DNA from: an uncultured archaeon
GTDB taxonomy: Archaea; Asgardarchaeota; Thorarchaeia; Thorarchaeales; Thorarchaeaceae
Assembly: GCA_964631415.1 (NCBI GenBank)
Contig: CAZVZC010000027.1
Location: 1 to 29,178, forward strand
Direction of reading: 5' to 3'
DNA: 29,178 nt
Positions 16,562-25,480 of the stretch are shown here, piece by piece. Each line of letters begins with the position of its first letter. The stretch's first letter is position 1. Position numbers and translations under genes: made by a program. Under the pieces are notes generated by a model. It worked only from the letters and a program-made list of their open reading frames with translations, was not told the origin of the DNA and made no database searches.

Positions 16562-17497
16562 TCACAAGAGCCTACGGAAAGGATGGCTCTCGGACGGCTC
16601 GATGCCAGACTCAACACTGGCAGACTCTGCTGCGAACACATCGGCCATCGCTGCGACTGGGAAGACGGTCTTGGCATTACTGATTGGTCCATAGAGCACG
16701 AAGTTCGCACCCATCATCTGAACGATAAGACTCGATGCAGCATCACAAGTGCGGTAGGCATCTGGATTGGTTTTCTTGTACTTACGGAGCCAAGACCAAG
16801 AGCTTGGCGCATTGTGGACCCCTGATCCCGTTGGCAGGCCGTAGACAGCCTTTGCCACGAAAGTGAATGCTGCAGCGGTGCCTGCACCAGCACCCATCGC
16901 AGTGGTCGCAGTATCAATCAGGGGCTTTGTGATTCCGAGCTCTTCACTCAGCTTCAAGAGACCTTTGTCAAACCCAGGCACGCCCCGTTCAAGCACTGCC
17001 CGCTTGCCTGCGATGGACGAGTCGTGGGGGTTGAAAGCCAGAATGATAGCGCACTCATGCCTGATCTCTCTCAGGGCGTTAAGCTCTCCGTCCGAGGCGG
17101 AGATGTTGATTGAGTTGTAGATCGCCTTGTCGAGCAGGCCAGACTCTTCGGCGTGTTTCAGACCGGCAATCCTGACATCAGGCACTGTTGAGTCAATCAG
17201 AAACGGCGCATCCGTGATGTCGGTCACGAAGTCAATGTATCGGCACACAGCCTCCTCAGACTCTGAGAACAGTTGAACAAGGGCAGGATTCCCTGTTAGG
17301 TCTGCCATCTCATCTTGAGCCTTGATCAGAGTTTCAGCGGCTTTCCTGTCAAAGAGACCTTTCTTCGCGTCTTGCACTATGTCATGTCCTGTGTAGAAGA
17401 TCGTGCCTGCCAACACCGTGGGAATCTCGCCGGGTGTTCCTCCGATCCTGATGCCGCCAACGTTATGAATCACTTGCTCTTTCTCGAATACGAACAA
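16562..17497 (-). CDS. mtrH: Tetrahydromethanopterin S-methyltransferase subunit H family (canonical-like)
   Basis: MFVFEKEQ, PTVLAGTIFY..H, FLIDST, IYNSIN, GSGVHNAPSSW, VLYGPI. TTG start. Confidence 0.92.
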   Translation of the reverse strand: MFVFEKEQVIHNVGGIRIGGTPGEIPTVLAGTIFYTGHDIVQDAKKGLFDRKAAETLIKAQDEMADLTGNPALVQLFSESEEAVCRYIDFVTDITDAPFLIDSTVPDVRIAGLKHAEESGLLDKAIYNSINISASDGELNALREIRHECAIILAFNPHDSSIAGKRAVLERGVPGFDKGLLKLSEELGITKPLIDTATTAMGAGAGTAAAFTFVAKAVYGLPTGSGVHNAPSSWSWLRKYKKTNPDAYRTCDAASSLIVQMMGANFVLYGPISNAKTVFPVAAMADVFAAESASVESGIEPSESHPFRRLL

Positions 17498-17500
17498 AGC

Positions 17501-18193
17501 TCACAACTCCTGTCCTACAAGCGTGGTTCCCGTCTCGTCGCTCTTCATGACAACCCCGACAGTTGTTGGATGAGCGGAAACCACAGCGACCAAGTTCATC
17601 CTCGACACCAGTGAACTTGCAGGGTCGAGGGAAATGCCAAACTCTGGCAACAGAGCAATGGCCGCACCCATAGTCCTTGAACTCGCCTTGCCGGGTCTAG
17701 CCTTGAAGTCAACCCACATGGGATCAGCAGGGTATGGTCCCGGGTCTCTCGAAACGAGTCCATCTACCGCACGCGCAATCTTATCGGAATCCGTCACGTC
17801 CACCATGTTGACCAGCTGAACCTGACTTCGAAACCTCTCGACTGCCTCGATTGGCACGTTCTCAACATATGGTATTGCCCCCTCAGCCTTGAGTATCCTT
17901 CTGGTGCTGGGATCAATGCCGCCCTCATGAAGGCATTTCACCGAGGCTCCCGTCTTGTGTCCGGGAATCTCGGGGCCCGCGAGTATGAAAAACCTGATAC
18001 AGGGATTCGAAACCACGTTCACTATCATGCGCTCTATGCCTATGTTCTCTGTCTTGCATGTGCCTATTATGGCGTAGTCGGCAGGGACCTCTATCTTCTT
18101 CCCGAGAGTGCATATCGCCACACACGAAGTGGGGTTCTTCACCTCGAAGTCACCAGGAATGGGTGGCCAGTTCCTGTCGTCACTCTTACGCAC
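17501..18193 (-). CDS. mtrA: MtrA-family corrinoid protein, soluble, with a non-canonical C-terminal extension
   Basis: WPPIPGDF, VAICTL, GTCKTENIGIE, SNPCIRF, EIPGHKTG (His ligand), GAIPYVEN, ERFRSQV. No clear C-terminal TM anchor. Confidence 0.9.
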   Translation of the reverse strand: MRKSDDRNWPPIPGDFEVKNPTSCVAICTLGKKIEVPADYAIIGTCKTENIGIERMIVNVVSNPCIRFFILAGPEIPGHKTGASVKCLHEGGIDPSTRRILKAEGAIPYVENVPIEAVERFRSQVQLVNMVDVTDSDKIARAVDGLVSRDPGPYPADPMWVDFKARPGKASSRTMGAAIALLPEFGISLDPASSLVSRMNLVAVVSAHPTTVGVVMKSDETGTTLVGQEL

Positions 18194-18204
18194 TGTCGCA
18201 CCAC

Positions 18205-19122
18205 CTACTCAAACGACTTCGGTTCGAATATGGGCGTGGAAGCCCCAATTGCCTGCTGAGCCTCAGCAACTGCGGCTGCCATCGCATTTGCTATGAGTGA
18301 CACTGCTGTGAAGACATGCTTTGATCGAGCCATCGATCCGTACATGATGCAGTCTGTGGCAAATAGCTGTGCCGCAATAGTCGACGCCACTACGGCTGAG
18401 ATTTGTGTGGTTTCATCGTCCAATCCCGGCTGCTTGATGAACTTCCAAGCAGAGGGAGCGTTGTGAGGACCAAGGCATGTCGGCAGGCCCAGTTCCGACT
18501 TTATGGCCAGCATGGTTCTGTACTCCAAGCCGTAACCAGCACCCACAGGCATGGTGGCTGGGTCCACGACAATCTTCTCCATACCCATGGACTTCGCTTC
18601 TGAGATCATGGCCTTGATTGTTTCCATGCGATCAGCCAGACCTGTTGCTCTCGGAGACCATCCAAGGACGACCGCCATTCTGATGGGGCTGTTCCGAAGA
18701 AGCGCCTTCTCATCCTCCTTCATAGACAGGTTGATTGAGTTGTAGATAGCCCTGCCGCCGAGCCCACCCTGTTCACAGAACTGTATGGCGCGTCTTCTTG
18801 CATCTGCGCTGGTTGACTCGAACATGAAGGGACCCTCGAAGTTGTCCACTAGCCAAGACAGATGACGCACCATGGCCTCGGGAGTCCGGCCAAATGCTTG
18901 GATAATAAGAGGGTGACCCGTTTTATCCACCATCATGTTCGCAGTATCAATCCACTCTCTGGCCATCCGCTCGTCGAAGCTGCCCTCCTTCGGGTTCTTC
19001 ACTATTGGCTGAGTCTGGAAGAATAGACCGCCTATGAGCACAGTCGGGTTCTGCCCTGGCTGACCACCGATTGTCACGCCGCCGAAATCAAACGCTTGTT
19101 GCTCCTTCTTGAACACAAACAT
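18205..19122 (-). CDS. mtrH: Second, divergent MtrH-family pterin methyltransferase
   Basis: MFVFKKEQ, GGQPGQNPTVL, IYNSIN, HNAPSAW. Substitutions GGLFF, FMFEST and MYGSM relative to the canonical motifs. Confidence 0.85.
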   Translation of the reverse strand: MFVFKKEQQAFDFGGVTIGGQPGQNPTVLIGGLFFQTQPIVKNPKEGSFDERMAREWIDTANMMVDKTGHPLIIQAFGRTPEAMVRHLSWLVDNFEGPFMFESTSADARRRAIQFCEQGGLGGRAIYNSINLSMKEDEKALLRNSPIRMAVVLGWSPRATGLADRMETIKAMISEAKSMGMEKIVVDPATMPVGAGYGLEYRTMLAIKSELGLPTCLGPHNAPSAWKFIKQPGLDDETTQISAVVASTIAAQLFATDCIMYGSMARSKHVFTAVSLIANAMAAAVAEAQQAIGASTPIFEPKSFE

Positions 19123-19134
19123 AGTACCTCAACC

Positions 19135-20079
19135 TCATTTCGGTCGCGGGTAGAGTCCCGTGGCTCTCACGAGCTCAGGGATACTCTCTTCCCAGCCTAT
19201 TGCCATGATGTGGATGCCGCTGATTCCGCGAATGTCCCTGACTCTCCTGATTGTTTCCGCAGCAATCTTGAACCCTTCACTGCGAACAGTCTCTCTCTTC
19301 TCGTCACCCTTGAGACCATCGCCAGCCTGTTCCAGTCGTTCTACGAAGCTCTTCGGAATCTTGATGCCCGGGATTCGTTCGTTCATGAAGGTGGCCATTC
19401 TGGGTCCTTTGAGCGGTATCAGTCCTGCCAGTACCTTGACACCGAGCGGTTCGATTTGTTCCATGAACTCCTCCAGCCTGCTCGTGTCGTAGATGGCTTG
19501 AGTCTGGAAGAACTGTGCCCCTGAATCACGTTTCTTCTCAACACGCCAGACCTGTAGCTCCATCGGGTCGGCATTCGGGTTGAGAGTAGCACCGAGATAG
19601 AATGCCGGGACACCCTCAATCTCATCCCCAGCCAGATCCCGCCCTGTCATGAGATGACTCGCAAGCTGCAGAGCTTGGATGGAGTCAAGGTCATAGACCA
19701 TCTTCGCTTGGGGATGCGACCCTAGGATTGTGTGGTCGCCCGTGATGAACAGCACGTTCCGTATGCCAAGAGCATAAGCCCCATACAGTTCGCTCTCGAA
19801 GAGAATCCTGTTCCTGTCCCTCGCAGACATCTGCATTACGGGCTCAGCACCTGCTTGGATCACATAGCGGGCGCATACCATGCTGCTCATCGTTGGAATT
19901 CCACGGACGTTGTCCGTGATGTTGATTGCATCGCAGTAGTCTTTCACAAGGTTCGTTCTATCAAGGACGAGACTATAGTCTGCTCCATGCGGAGGACCCA
20001 CTTCGCCAGTGACTGTGAAATGACCACTCTCAAGCATCCGCTTGAGCCCGGTTTCAGGCAGACCTTGACTGTGTTTCAA
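19135..20079 (-). CDS. metF: Methylenetetrahydrofolate reductase
   Basis: GEVGPP, AINITD, RDRNR, LFITGD, K...GAQFFQTQ, GIHIMA. TTG start with GAGGT SD. Confidence 0.92.
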   Translation of the reverse strand: MKHSQGLPETGLKRMLESGHFTVTGEVGPPHGADYSLVLDRTNLVKDYCDAINITDNVRGIPTMSSMVCARYVIQAGAEPVMQMSARDRNRILFESELYGAYALGIRNVLFITGDHTILGSHPQAKMVYDLDSIQALQLASHLMTGRDLAGDEIEGVPAFYLGATLNPNADPMELQVWRVEKKRDSGAQFFQTQAIYDTSRLEEFMEQIEPLGVKVLAGLIPLKGPRMATFMNERIPGIKIPKSFVERLEQAGDGLKGDEKRETVRSEGFKIAAETIRRVRDIRGISGIHIMAIGWEESIPELVRATGLYPRPK

Positions 20080-20137
20080 ACTAACCTCGAATGTCGCTCG
20101 TCAGCAGGACCACATATCTCCTTTGGTCCTTCACAAT

Positions 20138-20794
20138 CTAGGTCTCTTGCTTGACAATCTCGCGAGGACCTCGCGCCAAGCTCCAGTCTTTGACCTTCCA
20201 GATGGACCGGAGGTTGTCAAGCTTCCCTAGGGCCTTCAGTCTATCGTATATCAGCTGCCACACACAGTCCGTATCGGGGTCTCTCTCACACTTACCGTCC
20301 ATTGACCCCCCGCAAGGGCCATTCAAGATACCCTTAGGGCACCGAGCAATGGGGCATATTCCCCCAGTCAGATCAAGGATACAATCTCCACACATGATAC
20401 AGCGCTCCTGATGAACGAACCTCTCTGGCATTGAACCAAGGAACTTCGAGTCAGCGGCAGGGAAGGACTCCTTCTCTGGCATGAGCTCTGTGAGCGTTTG
20501 AGTTGCCACACCACAGGCCTGTATCAGGAACGCATCTGCTCTCTCGAGCATCTCCCTGTTCTTCATCATCTCTTGTCTGATATTGTTGGTGTCACAGATG
20601 CCGCCCTCAACGAAGATCCTGCCCAGCACTTCCTTTCCGTTCTGCCGAAGGAAGTCCTCCATATCCTCAAGCTGCAAGATGCCGCCCACATCACACATCT
20701 GCGCGCACCCTGAGTCGCCGAACAACACTATCTTCCTGTATCCCTCCAACATCCGGAGAATCTCTTCTGGCGACTTCAGCTCCATGGCAATCAT
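20138..20794 (-). CDS. metV: MetV-like (MTHFR C-terminal domain) Cys-rich Fe-S/Zn partner of MetF
   Basis: CIMCGDC...GGICPIARCPKGILNGPCGG...KCE...CVW, ACGV; directly upstream of metF. Confidence 0.88.
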   Translation of the reverse strand: MIAMELKSPEEILRMLEGYRKIVLFGDSGCAQMCDVGGILQLEDMEDFLRQNGKEVLGRIFVEGGICDTNNIRQEMMKNREMLERADAFLIQACGVATQTLTELMPEKESFPAADSKFLGSMPERFVHQERCIMCGDCILDLTGGICPIARCPKGILNGPCGGSMDGKCERDPDTDCVWQLIYDRLKALGKLDNLRSIWKVKDWSLARGPREIVKQET

Positions 20795-20834
20795 TGCGAA
20801 ACGTACCAGCTATGTTATGACGCTCGATTTGTGC

Positions 20835-20848
20835 ATCTAAAAAGTGTT
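20835..20848 (-). promoter_or_regulatory. Putative TATA box (TTTTTA) for the metV-metF-mtr operon
   Basis: Minus-strand CACTTTTTAGATG about 45 nt upstream of metV. Confidence 0.4.
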
Positions 20849-20866
20849 GGCTATCTGCATAAGGAC

Positions 20867-22189
20867 CTAGCTTGTTTCCCCAGGTTCATCAGCATCCGGT
20901 GGTGCAGACTCGACTCTCCTCAGTGACCCTCTGGGGAGCATCTTGAACAGCTTCTGTGCAGCACCCAGACTCAGAGTTGCCTCCACCTCCACCCCGTCCT
21001 CTCCATAACTCTCGGTCTCGACGTGTCCTGCCTCATGTATCCCAGACAGCATAGACATGGTCGAGTCCCCATATGGCAACGTGATGGAGTACCTTGAGAG
21101 TCCTGGGAGGAGCCCCTCGACGACCTCGACCAGATTCGTGAGGTTGAGCCCATCTCTGGCAGAAACTGGCACGACTCTGGCACCAAGGTTCCTCAGCATA
21201 GAAACCCTCTCCTCGACCTCAGCCACACTAAGGAGGTCAATCTTGTTCAGGGCTGTCACAATGGGCACACTGTTGATGCCTATCTGGCTGAATGTGTCCA
21301 AGCATACATCGACCTTCCTCTTGACCTCTTGTAGCGAGCCAGAACCGTCGACAACAAGTATGATTACGTCAGCCTCTGCAATCTCCATCAGCGTGGTGTT
21401 GAAGGCACGAAGAAGCGACGCTGGAAGGTCACTTATGAAACCGACTGAGTCAGTCAGGACTACTCGTCTTCCGACCATGGTGAGCTCGGTTGATTTGGTA
21501 GACAATGTCGTGAAGAGTTGGTCAGCCACCTCCACGTCAGACCCTGTGAGAGCATGATGCAGTGTGCTCTTGCCGGCGTTTGTGTATCCTGCGAGTGCGA
21601 CTTCTGAGAAGCCCGCATCGATTCGTTTCTTACGTTTCATACTCTGTGATTCTGAGATCTTGTCGAGCTTGTCGTCAATCATCGCCACACGGTGTCTGAG
21701 CTCCATGATTCTGAGATTCAGGAGGTCTTCACCTGCACCAGTCTGCTCTCCAACGGGTTTCGCACCTGTGTGTTCTTTCTGCATGCGTGTCCTGAGCTGA
21801 TGCCGTACGAAAGGTATCTCATAGCTCAGCCTTGCCTGCTCTATCTGTAGCTTGGCCTGCACGGTGCGGGCGTGTTTGTCGAATATCTCAAGTATAAGCT
21901 GAGTCCGATCTCTAACCTCTGTCTTCCACTCCTCCATCAACCTGAACATTTGGCTGGACTTTAGTCGTGGGGAGTAGATCACGACATCCGGCTTGTTGAT
22001 TTCAATCCATGTCTTGATCTCTTCGACCTTTCCGCTTCTGATGCCAAACCTCGCAGACATGGGACCGACGATATTGAAGTCTCCTACTACCATGTACTCA
22101 GCAGTCAAAGCTAGCGCTTTGAACTCACCCATCAAATCGGGCTCGCCAGTACTGCGGTGCTGGACAAGCAATGCAGTAGGAGATGTCAT
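20867..22189 (-). CDS. hflX: Ribosome-associated GTPase HflX
   Basis: DRTQLILEIF..HA...AKLQIE.A, G1 GYTNAGKS, LFTTL, DSVGFI, AF.TTL.E, NKID. Probable start ATG 22189, with a TTTAAG box about 25 nt upstream. Confidence 0.92.
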   Translation of the reverse strand: MTSPTALLVQHRSTGEPDLMGEFKALALTAEYMVVGDFNIVGPMSARFGIRSGKVEEIKTWIEINKPDVVIYSPRLKSSQMFRLMEEWKTEVRDRTQLILEIFDKHARTVQAKLQIEQARLSYEIPFVRHQLRTRMQKEHTGAKPVGEQTGAGEDLLNLRIMELRHRVAMIDDKLDKISESQSMKRKKRIDAGFSEVALAGYTNAGKSTLHHALTGSDVEVADQLFTTLSTKSTELTMVGRRVVLTDSVGFISDLPASLLRAFNTTLMEIAEADVIILVVDGSGSLQEVKRKVDVCLDTFSQIGINSVPIVTALNKIDLLSVAEVEERVSMLRNLGARVVPVSARDGLNLTNLVEVVEGLLPGLSRYSITLPYGDSTMSMLSGIHEAGHVETESYGEDGVEVEATLSLGAAQKLFKMLPRGSLRRVESAPPDADEPGETS

Positions 22190-22299
22190 CAAGGACTGGT
22201 TGAAGCATACGGTCTTAAACCGATTGATTGTTCCCTGTTCCTGCGAGCCTCGCACCACTGGGCGCGCAAAAAGCTCCGTGACTACATGAGGGACTGCGA

Positions 22300-24333
22300 A
22301 TGACACAGTTCGAGCTGCGTGCAAAGGACGGCTTGGCAAGGCTTGGTCGGCTGGAAACCAACCACGGGAGTGTCACAACGCCCCTCTTGATGCCTGTTAT
22401 GCATCCCGCAAAGTCGGAAGTAAGCCCAAAACAGATGCTAGCCGAGTTCGGATTCCAGATGGTCATAACCAACTCCTACATCATCAAGTCGACAGAGCGA
22501 TTCAGGGAAACGGCTCTCTCGCAGGGTGTGCATGGCCTGCTTGACTTCAATGGTCCGATTATGACCGACTCGGGTACATACCAAATGTACTTTCACAGCC
22601 TTCCCGATGAGGAGATAGATCCAATCGAGATTGTGAGGTTTCAGCGGGACATCGGATCAGACATAGGCACGATTCTCGACACTTTCTCCGATCCTTATGT
22701 TGCAAAGGCGGCAGTCGAACGAGATGTCGCCATCTCTCTCGACAGGGCCAAGAGGTCCGTGGCTGAGAAAGGAAACATGCTCTTGGCTGGGACCGTGCAG
22801 GGCGGCATATACCCTGACCTCCGAGCACGCGCAGCGATGGACCTCGCCCCTCTTGACTTCGACCTCCATCCCATTGGTGGCGTCGTGCCGCTCATGGAGC
22901 AGTATCGATACTCTGACATAGTGAGAGCTACTCTCTCAGCCAAGAGGTACCTGCCTCCAGACCGGCCCGTACATCTCTTCGGCTGTGGACATCCGATGTT
23001 CTTTGCACAGGCAGCTCTCTTGGGCTGTGACCTGTTTGACTCAGCATCTTACGCCAAGTTCGCCGAGTCTGGAAGGATGCTGTTCCCAACGGGCACAGTC
23101 CAGCTCGACGGGCTGAGAGAGTTGCCCTGCGAGTGTCCCGTATGTAGCAGCACAACTGTTGAAAGGATTAAGTCACTTGACCCGGCCAGCCGCGAGCTAC
23201 TACTGACTAAACACAATCTCTACGTCACGGCGGCCGAAATGAGAAGAGTCAGGCAAGCAATCTCAGAGGGCAGGCTTCTGGAGCTCGCAGCCATCCGTGC
23301 AAGAGGCCATCCCACATTATATGAAGCTCTACGGGTCTTTCTAGGGTTGATCGGCGAGTTTGACTCGTCAGTGCCAAGTGCAAGTTCGAGTTCTGTCTTC
23401 TATACAGGTACCGAAACGTCCGAGCACCCGCTTCTGAGAGCTTTCCAAGACAGAGTCATAGAAACATACCCATATCGTAAGACAATGATGGTTCTGCTAG
23501 TACCACATCAGGGCGACAGACCGTTTTCTGATACATGTGCATTGATTGAGGACCAGATCAAAGTCAGAAGTCCGGAAGAAGTCGTCCTCATCTACGTCAC
23601 TCCCATTGGTGCAATCCCGTGGGAACTGGAACATGTCTTTCCTGCGCAGCAATGCTTATTCCCAAGCACCCTCGACGACTCGGACATCAAGATTGCTCAA
23701 GAGCGGGTCCAGCGCCTCGTCTCTAAACTATCGTTTGGCGAGTGTGTTTGGCTTTCGAGAGACAGCCCAACCGACCGGATCGTTTCGTATCTGTCCAGCT
23801 ATAACAAAGTTACGAAGGTTTCTGGTGTAACAGAGCTATTGGAGATGCTGCCCCAACAAAGACATCCACCTCCCTCTTGGACTACGAGGATGATTGCAGC
23901 CATCCTAGCGTATCAGTGGGGAGTGAGTGACGCAACGCCGCTAGGGCTGGAGCATCTCGAAACGAGCATCTCTAGGGCAACAGGCAAGATACGACATGTC
24001 ATGAAGGACGGAAAGGTGCTCTTCACACTTGTACCGATGACCGGTCTACTGACACCAACTTACGAGGGAGGATTAGCACTTCTTAGAGCGGGCGCAGGCA
24101 ACGACCACACGGTCATTGTCGAAGACGACGCTGTGGAGTTCGTGGCACAGGGCAAGTCTGCGATGACGAGATTCGTCCACTCGGCCAGTCCGAACCTGAA
24201 GGCAGGCGATGAAGCACTTGTCATGGACAACAGTGGACAGCTGCTAGGAGTCGGGAGGGCAGTGCTAGATGGATCGGAGATGAAGGCCTTCAAGCGAGGT
24301 GTCGCTGTTGTCATGCGGCACTCACGGCACTAG
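22300..24333 (+). CDS. tgtA: Archaeosine tRNA-guanine(15) transglycosylase with C-terminal PUA domain
   Basis: ITNSYI, MTDSG, VQGG, IGGVVPLME, HLFGCGHP, DLFDSASY, Zn motif CECPVC...HNL, PUA (FVAQGKS...GVAV). Confidence 0.93.
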   Translation: MTQFELRAKDGLARLGRLETNHGSVTTPLLMPVMHPAKSEVSPKQMLAEFGFQMVITNSYIIKSTERFRETALSQGVHGLLDFNGPIMTDSGTYQMYFHSLPDEEIDPIEIVRFQRDIGSDIGTILDTFSDPYVAKAAVERDVAISLDRAKRSVAEKGNMLLAGTVQGGIYPDLRARAAMDLAPLDFDLHPIGGVVPLMEQYRYSDIVRATLSAKRYLPPDRPVHLFGCGHPMFFAQAALLGCDLFDSASYAKFAESGRMLFPTGTVQLDGLRELPCECPVCSSTTVERIKSLDPASRELLLTKHNLYVTAAEMRRVRQAISEGRLLELAAIRARGHPTLYEALRVFLGLIGEFDSSVPSASSSSVFYTGTETSEHPLLRAFQDRVIETYPYRKTMMVLLVPHQGDRPFSDTCALIEDQIKVRSPEEVVLIYVTPIGAIPWELEHVFPAQQCLFPSTLDDSDIKIAQERVQRLVSKLSFGECVWLSRDSPTDRIVSYLSSYNKVTKVSGVTELLEMLPQQRHPPPSWTTRMIAAILAYQWGVSDATPLGLEHLETSISRATGKIRHVMKDGKVLFTLVPMTGLLTPTYEGGLALLRAGAGNDHTVIVEDDAVEFVAQGKSAMTRFVHSASPNLKAGDEALVMDNSGQLLGVGRAVLDGSEMKAFKRGVAVVMRHSRH

Positions 24334-25471
24334 CGGGCTCACTCTCAGTAAACAGAGGATGACCAGGAACCTTCCTCAGGGCCTCCACGCCGCCGATCGG
24401 CAAGACCATGACATCCCCTCTCGGAGCATATAGGTGGATAGTGTCACCTGTTGTGACGGTTGAGTCCGGGTCCAGTCGTGCCTGCGCCGAAACATCGCCA
24501 ACACTGAAATAGACCTCAATTGCATCACCGACATAGATAGTCCTGGTCACCTTTCCGGTGATCTCGTTGTCCTGTGGGTCCGTCCTTATGAGATGCAGAC
24601 TCTCAGGGCGCATTGCACACTTCACTGTTTCACCGATCTCAAACGGGTACCCTTCGATAGTTTCCTTTCCGGAGATGATCTGATTGCTAGGTATGCGCAC
24701 TCGGATATACCCGTTCAATGATTCTACTGTACCATCTACAAAGGTGCACCTGCCGATGAAGTCTGCCACGAAAACAGTCTGCGGGTTCGAGTAGATCTCC
24801 TGGGGCGGCGCAAACTGTTGGACGTATCCGTGATCCATGACAGCGACCCGGTCTGAGATGCTGAGAGCCTCATGCTGATCATGCGTTACGTAGACGGTGG
24901 TTATCGAGAGCTCCTTGTGAATGCGGATTATCTCCTCCCGCATCTCTAGCCTCAGCTTCGCGTCAAGATTAGAGAGAGGCTCATCGAGCAGAAGGACATC
25001 AGGCTCTATGACCAGTGCCCTCGCGAGAGCGACGCGCTGCTGTTGTCCACCCGATAGTTGATGGATGTGACGCTGCTCCAGACCTTCCATCCTGACCAGT
25101 GACAGGACGTTCATCACACGTTTGTCAATGGCAGACTTCGTGAACTTCATGCCTTTTATCCGCTTGAGCTTCAGCCCATATGCTACGTTGTCGTAGACGG
25201 ACATGTGGGGCCACAGAGCGTAGTTCTGGAAACACATCCCAGTGTTCCTCTTGTGCGGTGGCACACAAGTCACGTCTCTGTCGTCAAAGAAGATCTTTCC
25301 ATGGTCCGGCGCATAGAACCCAGCAACAAGACGAAGCAACGTTGTCTTTCCGCACCCCGAGGGACCCAAGAGGGTTGAAAGCTCTCCCTCTTGAAGAGTC
25401 ATATTGACCTCATCTGTGGCAACCACATCTCCAAACGTCTTGCGAAGGTTTTGTAGGCGGATCTTGGTCAT
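24311..25471 (-). CDS. ABC transporter ATP-binding subunit (PotA/FbpC type, TOBE domain)
   Basis: GPSGCGKT, FQNYAL, LSGGQQQR, LLLDEP, VTHD. Confidence 0.95.
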   Translation of the reverse strand: MTKIRLQNLRKTFGDVVATDEVNMTLQEGELSTLLGPSGCGKTTLLRLVAGFYAPDHGKIFFDDRDVTCVPPHKRNTGMCFQNYALWPHMSVYDNVAYGLKLKRIKGMKFTKSAIDKRVMNVLSLVRMEGLEQRHIHQLSGGQQQRVALARALVIEPDVLLLDEPLSNLDAKLRLEMREEIIRIHKELSITTVYVTHDQHEALSISDRVAVMDHGYVQQFAPPQEIYSNPQTVFVADFIGRCTFVDGTVESLNGYIRVRIPSNQIISGKETIEGYPFEIGETVKCAMRPESLHLIRTDPQDNEITGKVTRTIYVGDAIEVYFSVGDVSAQARLDPDSTVTTGDTIHLYAPRGDVMVLPIGGVEALRKVPGHPLFTESEPASAVSAA

Positions 25472-25480
25472 GACAGCACC

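Noticed and set aside
15101-19122. Evidence that the organism is a methanogen
   Set aside because: Only mtrA, mtrH and marker 14 are present; there are no membrane Mtr subunits or mcr in the window, and the context is Asgard-like.
22190-22339. ORF-track extension of hflX overlapping tgtA
   Set aside because: It would overlap the divergent tgtA start and promoter region; homology starts near 22189.
24311-24333. 23-bp convergent overlap of tgtA and the ABC ATPase 3' ends
   Set aside because: Short convergent overlaps are common in compact archaeal genomes; nothing indicates a special function.
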